Positions 1 through 8,700 of a stretch of DNA of 64,000 nucleotides are shown here, one piece after another. Location of the stretch: positions 1,216,001 to 1,280,000 of the forward strand of contig OY759599.1 in the NCBI GenBank assembly GCA_963662465.1. The letters are read 5' to 3'. The notes below the pieces were generated by a model. It saw only the letters and a list, made by a program, of their open reading frames with translations, searched no databases and had not been told where the DNA came from. The position numbers and the translations under genes are program-made. Numbering within the stretch: position 1 is the stretch's first letter; each line of letters begins with the position of its first letter. The stretch comes from Desulfatiglandales bacterium (GTDB lineage: Bacteria > Desulfobacterota > DSM-4660 > Desulfatiglandales > Desulfatiglandaceae).

Positions 1-1087
1 CCCTTTTCCCAATGGAACAGACGATTTCATAATTGATGGTGTCCAACTGGGCGGCCAGTTCATCCACGGTGGGCGTTTCGCCGAAAAGAACCGCGTCGTC
101 CCCGGGTTGAATGCCCGGGATATCCGTGACGTCAAACATGCACATATCCATGCATACGCGTCCCACCAGGGGCGCTTTTATATTCCGGATCAGGGCATGG
201 CCGCGATTGGAGAGTCCCCGGCTGTATCCATCCCCATAGCCGATGGGAAGGGTGGCCACGATCATCTGTCCGCGGCAACAAAAGGTATGGCCGTAACTGA
301 TGGGGGTGCCATGGGGGACCTGTTTCAGATAGGCCACTTTTGTTTTGAGCGTCATGGCTGGTTTGAGGGCCACATGACGGCTGACATGGGGGGAAGGGCG
401 AAGGCCGTACAGCATGATGCCGGGTCTCACGAGGTCATAATGGGATTTTGGGTAATCCAGAATTCCCGCGCTGTTGGCCAGATGTTTTTGGGGAATGCGG
501 ATGCCCGAGGCCTCAATTTCCCGCAGGAGACCGTCAAATATTCGGATTTGACGCTCCGTAAATGTTTTATCCGCCTCATCCGCGCAGGGGAGATGACTGA
601 AGATGCCTTTGAGATCAAGGTTTTGAAAGCGGCTGACTTTACGCGCGAATGCCGGCGCATCCCGAGGGGCAATCCCGAGCCGACCCATGCCGGTATCGAC
701 CTTGATGTGAACGCTGATTTTCTGAGCGGATGCCCTTGCGATTTGGTCCAGGGCCTCTGCCAGTTCAATTGTGCAGAGGGTCTGTTCCAGGCGGGATTCG
801 ACCACTTTTAAGGCTTCCTTCGGGTGAATTACCCCCAGGACCAGAATCGGGGCTTCGATCCCCCGTTTTCGAAGTTGTGCCCCTTCTTCGGGCAGGGCAA
901 CCCCCAGACAGGTGGCGCCGCTGTTTAAGGCGGTTCGGCTCACTTTCAGCGCGCCATGTCCATAGGCGTCGGCTTTGACGATGGCCATTAGATCCCTGGA
1001 AGGGCCGATGATGTTCCGCACGGCCATAACGTTAAAGGCGATGGCGTTTAGATCTATAATGGCCCTGGTGGCCCTTTCCATGGTCAT
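1..1087 (-). CDS. alr: Alanine racemase (runs off the left edge)
   Basis: Manual minus-strand translation from ATG 1087: MTMERATRAIIDLNAIAFN...MAIVKADAYGHGA, the PLP-lysine signature. Absent from the ORF track because its stop lies outside the window. Confidence 0.93.
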   Translation of the reverse strand, partial: MTMERATRAIIDLNAIAFNVMAVRNIIGPSRDLMAIVKADAYGHGALKVSRTALNSGATCLGVALPEEGAQLRKRGIEAPILVLGVIHPKEALKVVESRLEQTLCTIELAEALDQIARASAQKISVHIKVDTGMGRLGIAPRDAPAFARKVSRFQNLDLKGIFSHLPCADEADKTFTERQIRIFDGLLREIEASGIRIPQKHLANSAGILDYPKSHYDLVRPGIMLYGLRPSPHVSRHVALKPAMTLKTKVAYLKQVPHGTPISYGHTFCCRGQMIVATLPIGYGDGYSRGLSNRGHALIRNIKAPLVGRVCMDMCMFDVTDIPGIQPGDDAVLFGETPTVDELAAQLDTINYEIVCSIGKR

Positions 1088-1098
1088 TTTGATGCGCC

Positions 1099-2406
1099 TC
1101 AGGCCGGCATGGGTTCCGGGCATGTGACGAGCCCGGCGGGGAATGCTTCCATGGGGGCCGTCTTAAATTTGGGATTCGTTTCGATGCCGTGGGCCGTAAG
1201 AATTTTTTTCAGGATATCATAGTCCTTGGCGATGGACTGTCTGACCGATTCGTATCCCCGTTTGGCCGCCACGCGGCGCTCCCAGAAGTTCATGGGGTTC
1301 ATGTCGAAAAATTTATCGTCATATTCGGTCGGTTCCACCAGAATGATGTCGCCCTTGAAATCGGGATTCTTTTGATAGAGCGACATGCCGTGCATGAGGC
1401 GGGTGTGCAGCAAGGTGCGCATGACCTGGTTGAAAATGGAATAGAGGCCTTCTTCCGCGATGTGGGTCCTTCCCCTATTGGCTTCGCACTGTTCACAGAA
1501 GAGATCCAGGTTAAAAGGGCGGAAGGGGTTGTAGCAGATGATCAGGTCCGCATTTTTGGAAACCGCCAGATCCATGTTGGTGGTTTTGATGACCGCGCCA
1601 TCCACATAATCCACGCCGTCGATATTGACGGGCTTGTAGAAAAAGGGGATGGCCATGGATGCTTCCATGGCTTTGGAGATGGAAACCGTATTGTTTTCGT
1701 CATGCCCGAAAACAGCCCGCCTGGCGCAATCCAGGTTCATGCTGATGGTATAGAGTTCTTTCCCCCGGTTCTTGTAAAGGGCGGTAAAATCGTTATAGAG
1801 CCCATGGTCTTCCAGGTTTTTCCGATTGGCCCGTTCAAATTTTTCTGTGGTGAATATGCCATTGGGCAGATAATGCCAGGGCGAGGTCGGGTGATTAAAA
1901 TGGGGATTGCCGTCCTTGAGGCAGTAGGCGAGAAAATCTCCTACATTCTTATAGGTGGGCTTATAAAGGGTTTGGAGCAGCCGGTTTCGAAATGCTTCCC
2001 TGAAAATGTTTTTGTTCACCAGGATATCCCGCAGTCGCTGGGGGACAATGGACAACATGTGGCCCATGACATGGGTGGGAATCTGAAGAAACGCCATGAG
2101 GTTGGGGGTGTACAGGTCCCACGCTTTGATGGGATTCAGTCTGCCCGGCGCCCCTTCCAGGCTGGCGGCCATGTCTTTTGAGGATACGCCGTTTGCCAGG
2201 TAGGAGGTGATGATGGCGCCGGCGCTGACCCCCACGAACATGTCGAAATCCCTGAGCCGTCGATTGGCCATGAAACTGCTGAGGGCGTTTAATCCGCCGA
2301 TCTTGAAGGCGCCGCCCGATATGCCCCCGCCGGACAGGACGAGCGCCACTTTCGGATTGGTTTTCGGATGCGTTAAGTCGCTTTTCTGTACGATGGTAAT
2401 GCCCAA
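1099..2406 (-). CDS. Patatin-like phospholipase
   Basis: LSGGGISGG oxyanion loop, GVSAG nucleophile motif, YVDGA catalytic Asp. Confidence 0.9.
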   Translation of the reverse strand: MGITIVQKSDLTHPKTNPKVALVLSGGGISGGAFKIGGLNALSSFMANRRLRDFDMFVGVSAGAIITSYLANGVSSKDMAASLEGAPGRLNPIKAWDLYTPNLMAFLQIPTHVMGHMLSIVPQRLRDILVNKNIFREAFRNRLLQTLYKPTYKNVGDFLAYCLKDGNPHFNHPTSPWHYLPNGIFTTEKFERANRKNLEDHGLYNDFTALYKNRGKELYTISMNLDCARRAVFGHDENNTVSISKAMEASMAIPFFYKPVNIDGVDYVDGAVIKTTNMDLAVSKNADLIICYNPFRPFNLDLFCEQCEANRGRTHIAEEGLYSIFNQVMRTLLHTRLMHGMSLYQKNPDFKGDIILVEPTEYDDKFFDMNPMNFWERRVAAKRGYESVRQSIAKDYDILKKILTAHGIETNPKFKTAPMEAFPAGLVTCPEPMPA

Positions 2407-2420
2407 GAAATTTCTCCTGA

Positions 2421-3596
2421 TTAATATGCCTGTCGGTACACGGCCAGGGCATCTTCATAAGAGACCTCCCGTGGGTTGTAGATCAGGGCGCCGTCGTTAA
2501 TGGCGGCTGTCGCTGCTTCCGGAAGTTGTTCTTCCATTACTTTGGCATCCCGTAACGTTTCGGGCAGTCCGGATATTTTATGGAGTTTCTTCAGCAGATT
2601 CCGGATCAGGGAGATGGTCTCCGCCGCCTGCTCGGAAGGGGCAAGGTAGGCCCTGGCCCCTCCCAGAAGACCGGAAAGCTCCGCAATGTATTCAGGGACT
2701 TTTTTGAGGTTGTATTCAAGACACCATGGCAGCAGAATGGCGTTGGCCATCCCGTGGGGCACGTGACAGACGCCCCCCAGGGCATGGGCCAGGGCGTGGA
2801 CCATCCCCACCATGGAGTTGGAAAAGGCGATTCCCGCAAAGAGGGCCGCATTGGCCATTCCCATCCGTGCTTCCATGTCTTTCCCATCCTCTGTTGCGCG
2901 AACCAGATAACGGCGGATCAGGTCGATGGCGGTTTTGGCATAGACGTCGTCAATGGGGTTTTTCTGAATGCAGATGTAGGCCTCTATGGCATGGGTCAGG
3001 GCATCCATACCGGTGGCGGCTGTAATCATGGGCGGCATGGTCAGGGTCATTCGGGGGTCGATCACCGCCAGGTTGGGATAGAGTTTATCGGAGACGAAAC
3101 TCATTTTGGTTTCCGTGGTTTCGTTGTAAATCACGGCGACTTTCGTTACTTCGCTGCCCGTTCCGGCGGTGGTGGGGACGGCGATGAGGGGGTTCAGGTC
3201 GCTGGTAATTTTATCGGCCCCTTGAAAATCGAGGATATCGCCGGCATCAGCGGACAGGACAATATTGGCGCCCTTGGCCGAGTCCAGGGCGCTGCCGCCG
3301 CCAACGGCGATGAAGCAGTCGCACCGCTCGGTTTTAAATATTTGTGCAATGCGGTTGGCGATTCTGTCGCTGGAGTCCTGGGGGACCTCATCAAAGATCC
3401 GGCCGATTTTTACGTCTGAATCCGCAAAGGCGCTTTTGACGATATCGATGAGCCCGGCCTTGACCACGCCCTTATCAGTGACGACCATGGCCCTTTGGCA
3501 TCCCAGCAGCTTCATTTCAAAGGGAATATTGCTGACGGCCAACTGGCCTGAAAGGATTTTGACGGGACAATAGAACTGGTAGTAATTGGGCAGCAT
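2421..3596 (-). CDS. Iron-containing alcohol dehydrogenase
   Basis: AVGGGSALDSAK, VPTTAGTGSEVT, GMDALTHAIEAY, HALAH..GG...VPHG. Start moved to ATG 3596 behind a GAGGAGG RBS. Confidence 0.93.
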   Translation of the reverse strand: MLPNYYQFYCPVKILSGQLAVSNIPFEMKLLGCQRAMVVTDKGVVKAGLIDIVKSAFADSDVKIGRIFDEVPQDSSDRIANRIAQIFKTERCDCFIAVGGGSALDSAKGANIVLSADAGDILDFQGADKITSDLNPLIAVPTTAGTGSEVTKVAVIYNETTETKMSFVSDKLYPNLAVIDPRMTLTMPPMITAATGMDALTHAIEAYICIQKNPIDDVYAKTAIDLIRRYLVRATEDGKDMEARMGMANAALFAGIAFSNSMVGMVHALAHALGGVCHVPHGMANAILLPWCLEYNLKKVPEYIAELSGLLGGARAYLAPSEQAAETISLIRNLLKKLHKISGLPETLRDAKVMEEQLPEAATAAINDGALIYNPREVSYEDALAVYRQAY

Positions 3597-3934
3597 GATA
3601 TTTCCTCCTCTTTTTTCATGGACCTGATCCATATCAGCAGTATTGGTACTACGGCCTGCCTTGTTAAACAAGTGAAAAGTGATTTACAAATCATACGATT
3701 TTATCTGCCTTAATAGTCCCGGAAGAGGAAAGGGTGCGTGGGGTGTCAGAGGAGCGGATACAAGGGAAGGGGGGGATGTTTATTATTGTATTGACCCATC
3801 CATTGAGGTTGATTTAGAATCTTTTTGTTATGAAGTCTGGTATGAGTATTCTTAAAATTGAACCTCAGAAACTCAGGAGGCATCTGATGGTATTCATCAT
3901 CGGTATATTAAGACAGAATTGCAATGAGCGATAG

Positions 3935-4001
3935 ATGATTATTATTGAAACATCTGAAAACGCTCAAACACATTATCGAGGAGGAGTACCATGAACAATG
4001 A
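3935..4001 (+). pseudogene. Collapsed RelE/HigB-type toxin remnant
   Basis: MIIIETS from 3935 is joined, in another frame, to LKTLKHIIEEEYHEQ*, which overlaps the antitoxin start. These resemble the two termini of HigB-2-like toxins. Confidence 0.55.
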
Positions 4002-4317
4002 CATGTTTGATCAACTTCTGGAAAGCGTCAAGGAAGGCGGCGCTATTCTGCGGTGTGAAAAAAGCCCTTCGCGAAGGTTTGTTCTGAAGGCGCCGGACGT
4101 CAGGGATATTCGTGAGCGGTATGCATTGACGCAGCAGGAATTCGCGACGCTTCTGGGCGTCAGTATCAAGACGCTGCGGAATTGGGAGCAGGGAATACGG
4201 AGTCCCCATGGATCGGCACTGGTGCTTCTGCAGGTCGCCGCCAGGCATCCACAGGCCCTGTGGGATGTCGTACGACCCTCGTTTGAAGCCTTGAAGGAGG
4301 GCGGCATCTCATGTTGA
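3991..4317 (+). CDS. XRE-HTH protein, NadS/HigA-2-like antitoxin
   Basis: FDQLLESVKEG N-terminus; IRERYALTQQEFATLLGVSIKTLRNWEQG..P.G HTH; GAGGAG RBS. Confidence 0.85.
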   Translation: MNNDMFDQLLESVKEGGAILRCEKSPSRRFVLKAPDVRDIRERYALTQQEFATLLGVSIKTLRNWEQGIRSPHGSALVLLQVAARHPQALWDVVRPSFEALKEGGISC

Positions 4318-4350
4318 GAAGAGGAAGAAGAATTTTGAACATGTGAACAG

Positions 4351-4938
4351 CTACCGTTTCTTAATGGCGCACTTAAGGCCGTTTTTGATCAGTGCCGGCC
4401 CCAGTGCCGCATAAATAAGGCCTTTGACCACCAGTTGGTAGGCATTGAGGGTGGGTGGCCGTTTAAAAATTGTATTCAATATGAACTGGGGGAAAAGATA
4501 GGTTTCCACAATGGCCAGCGCTCGGTTCAATTCCATGCCGTAGGAAACCTGACCATCCAGCATAATCCGGCTTTCGGCCAGGGCCTGGTGGGCGCTCATC
4601 TGGGCCGTCAGCACTAGCATGGCGGAATCCAGGTTTTTAAAGAGAAAGGTCATGTGCGGATTCATCTTTTTTTTCCCCAGGTAGTGAATTCGGTTGCCCC
4701 TTTTCTCCAGGGTGATATAGGGCCCTCTGGGGAGTACCCCCAGCGCACACCGTCTGCCGTCGTTCCAGTTTATGATCTCCCGTTTCAAATCGGGGGCCCG
4801 TTTGGAAACCTCTTCAAAAGCCACTCCGATGAGTGTCAGGGTCATGTCGATTAATTCATATTTGGATTTGGATTGGATAACCGGGTAAAAGGGGAGGGCG
4901 CGAAGCTGGGCGAGACCCTTTTCGATGATAAAATCCAT
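4351..4938 (-). CDS. Hypothetical protein (possible SCP2-like fold)
   Basis: 195-aa ORF with a GGAG RBS, co-oriented with the ADH/patatin block. The fold is a weak guess. Confidence 0.6.
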   Translation of the reverse strand: MDFIIEKGLAQLRALPFYPVIQSKSKYELIDMTLTLIGVAFEEVSKRAPDLKREIINWNDGRRCALGVLPRGPYITLEKRGNRIHYLGKKKMNPHMTFLFKNLDSAMLVLTAQMSAHQALAESRIMLDGQVSYGMELNRALAIVETYLFPQFILNTIFKRPPTLNAYQLVVKGLIYAALGPALIKNGLKCAIKKR

Positions 4939-5113
4939 GAAATTTTCTCCTCTTTTTTTTTGGAACCGATACTGTTCGAATTTATATCGAATCTATATTG
5001 GTACTATTGCCCGTGCCGTTAAACAAGCGAAAAGTGATGCAACAGGCCTTTTAAGAGCGTTATTGGCCTTGCTTGGGAATGTCCGCTGCATCCTTTTTCC
5101 GGATGGCTATAAA

Positions 5114-5774
5114 TCAGCTGATAATTTCTAAAAATTCGGCAATGACCTGAATGCTGCCCTCATCTTCGCAGGTCAACTCAATGGGTTGAAAATCGGGATT
5201 GTTCGGTTTGAGGATAATCTTGACATGACGCCAAGTGCCATCTTCCGAGGCGGCCTTTTGGCTTTCATAACGTTTCACTGTGTAACGTTCGCCTGTCTCC
5301 GGATCCAGGTCATCAAGCAGCCCCACAACCACCGTCCTGCCTTGACGTGTTCCTGTGACCGGGGCCGCAAACAGGCAGTATGATCCGTTCGGTATGGACG
5401 GCTCCATGGATTTACCGACCACCTGGGCCACGAACATTCCCGGGCGCAATCGTCGGTGCGTGTCGATTTCCACCCAATCCCATTCTTCCGTATCCAGGCG
5501 CTGCGGGTCGCTGAATGCCCCTGCGGCAAGCTTGAGAGGCACCAGCGGTATGCAGTTGACGTAGCGGTCTTTTTGGCGTGCTTGCACAATCCTGAGGACC
5601 GTTCGCTCCTTTGTTTCTTCTGTCTTATCTGCCTGTTCGAACCACGAGGTATCTTTGCGGATTGCGTCCCGCAAATGATCTTCACGCAGATACCCTGCGA
5701 GTTTGCGGAAGTGCCGTGTCATAGCGCCTTCATCATCCAGATCGCTCACAACAATCTCAATTACTTCGTACTCG
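5114..5774 (-). pseudogene. Frameshifted C-terminal part of the large helicase, with an S24 peptidase-like domain
   Basis: VVGKSMEPSIPNGSYCLF and YTVKRY (S24 Ser/Lys pattern). The frame continues upstream as EYEVIEIVVSDLDDEG, one base out of register with helicase ...TWLRNN. Confidence 0.75.
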
Positions 5775-8700
5775 ATTGTTGCGCAGCCAGGTGCGGATAC
5801 GCTGATCCTGCTCCGCTGTGTCGGGATTCCCGTGGATGTGGGTGCTTAACCCATCCAGGTAAATGCATACTCCTTCATCTTCGGCATGGTGGTCTGCACG
5901 ATAGATGATATCCGGCGTTGTGGTACCAATGGCCCTGTCCAGCCGAATCTGCTCACCTCGGACCCCTTCCTCAAATCCAGCGGATAGCAGCAGATGCCTG
6001 AGTTTTCGTTCTACTTCGTTGACCGGGTGGGTTCCTTCCGAAGGCTCCTCAGAAGGCCGTTTGGCGGCGATTTCGTGAGCCGGCTTAATCCGGTTACCCC
6101 AGGAACGCAGGTTCTCCCATGCCAATTCCCGGTTCAGATATTTGTGATAGTAACCGTTCCGGAATGTTTGGAGACAGTCCACACAGGAGGTGTCGCAGGC
6201 GGAAGGGCAGGTTTCAACAATTTCAACGGCATGGTTGACCACCTTGTCAAAACACTCGCAAATCTGGTCAATGAGGCCGGAACCGCCCGGCATGGGATCC
6301 CATAAGAGGCCGTCTACTTCATCTCGATCCACATGCCCGATGACCAGAATCTGAAGGTCTTCCATATGCATGTCCAGCACGCTTGTGGCAGCTATGCGCA
6401 ACGTCTCCAGAACACTGTAGGCGGTTTGCTGATCCGGGCAGGCAGGCAGGGACAGTACATCGGCGACTACATCGGCATAAAACCCGACCGGCGCCGGCGG
6501 CCGACCGCACCGTTCTTGGTGAGACTGGTCAAAATGGTTTCGCTGTTTGTCTGAAGAAAGCGGAGAAATACTCTGTCCACAAACCCTGCAGACCGGGTAG
6601 CCATAACGGCCAAACCGTTCAATGGCGGAATTGGCGCCCACATTGACCAGTCTCAACCTCACTCCTCGGCGGTGATGCAGGGCGTGAGGCCCCCAATTGT
6701 AAGCCTTGCCGCCGTTATGCTGATCGCGCTCGATACCGTAAACCGCCACGCCCATCTGAAACCGCAGCTCTTCTTCATCGGATATGTGGGATTGGTGGAC
6801 CAAATCCACGTCGCAAACGGCAATGGTCTGTAAAATCGTTGCACCCAGTGCCCCGGGAGTGGCTCCCGCGTTGGTTTCCTTGACGGCATGTCTTTCCGTG
6901 GAAATTTCAAAGACCGGCATTTCAGCACGTTCTTCATCCACATCACGGTGGAAGCGCCTGGCAACAAACCGATTGCCGTTGGCGTAGATGAGATTTCCGG
7001 GGACATATTCGCGCAGGGCCACACTGGGAGGCCGGGGCAGAGCGAACTCCATGGCTCCGGTTCGCCAGAAGGGTATTTCCGCGGTACCCAGAACCGACCC
7101 TCTTTCGAGGCCGTACCCCGGCAAAAACCCTTCGGCGGACAACACGCCGTAGGTGTTCACGTCATCATAGCCTTCCGCTTCCCGGCGTCTTCGCCGGATG
7201 GTGCCTTTCAGCCGTTTAACCAGGGTATCGCAGCGGCGAAAAAGCGTATCGTCCTCAGGTTCGAGATCTCCCTGCTTTTCCCGCAGCAGATTCAGCCGTT
7301 TAATCTGAGCAAGCGCCCACTGGAGTCGCCTTGAAAGGCGGCCGATGACAGCCTCAAGTTCGGATACCATTGTGTGGATATGGTTCAATAGAACTTCGGG
7401 CTTTGTCACCTCGGCATCCGCTTCCGGCCAGCCCTGGCTGAAGGCGGCTGTCACATATTTCATCAGGTCCTTCTCGCATCGACCCATCAGGATTTTGAGG
7501 GGAGACAGATCAAAAATCTGTTCTCGAACCAGTCCGTCTTCAAACAAATAGGATGAAATCCGATCCGGCAGGCAGGTTTTCAGCGTATCCCTTATGTTGT
7601 TACGCTGTTCGTCCGTCAGGGAACTATCACGTATGTACTGGTGCAATCGGGAAATGACGGTGGCGTGAACGTGTTTGGCCACCATCAGGTCATTTCTCAG
7701 GTTAAACGCCGGCGGGTCTACCCGGCCTGCCAGCAATTTAAAAGGATCGGCAAAATAGGCTCGGTCGTGGGATACCGATCGGCAGTAGGTCAGCCCCACC
7801 GCCATGCGATGGCGTCTGCCTGCCCGGCCCGCCCGTTGCCAGTAATTGGCTGGAAGCGGCGGGACGTTGCGCATGAGCACCGCGTCCAGTTGCCCGATGT
7901 CTACTCCCAGCTCCAGGGTCGGCGTACACACAAAGGCGTTAACCGCTTCAGAGTTTCCTTTGAATAGATTTTCCAGGCGCTCTCGTTCCTTGTGGGGGAC
8001 CATGGCCGTGTGTTCCTCCGGCCGCAGCATGGCGTAATTTTCATCAAGCAGTTGCAGGTTGTAGTTGTCTTTGTCTTCCTTTACAAATTGGAGTTCACCG
8101 TTGCATCGCCAGGAGAGACACAACTGCCCGGGTGTTCGGCGGGTGGAGGTTCTTCGGCAGCTTTTACAGCGCCATACCCCGTGGTTTTGCTGGAGTCGAA
8201 GCCGGTCCGCGTTGACTTGGTAGACCCCGCTAAGATTCGGAAGGGCGCCACCCCTTGACCCTTTGAGCTGGACCGGGGTCAAAAATGTTTCATCAACAAG
8301 AAAGTGAAAAAGTCCCTCAAGAAACGGTTCGATATTTTCCGGTGGAAGGCCCCATTTCCGGGCGATTTGGCGCATGGTGGTATCGCCCTGATCACTGATC
8401 CACTGGATAACAAGGGTTGATTTTTCCGGTGGTTCACGCCTGAGTTTGGTCCCTACCGGGTTGCCGATCTGGGGCAGATACCCTTGCTGCACTTCCAGAT
8501 CACCGTCCATCCAGTATTTGCTGAAGATCTCCCGTTCCGGATCGTAAAGCACATGCCGACGCCGAAGGTAGTCGAGAAGGCTTGCCACCCCTTCCCGCAG
8601 GTCTTCCGCCGGCATGCCTAGCGAATCGGCGTTTTTCTGAATCCATGGCAATGTTGCGGCAAGACCTTCATAGTCCACTTTCATACGGCCCCACGGTTCG

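Noticed and set aside
107..3419. Long + strand ORFs 107-811, 1189-2181, 2580-3419
   Set aside because: Antisense shadows of alr, patatin and ADH with no motifs of their own.
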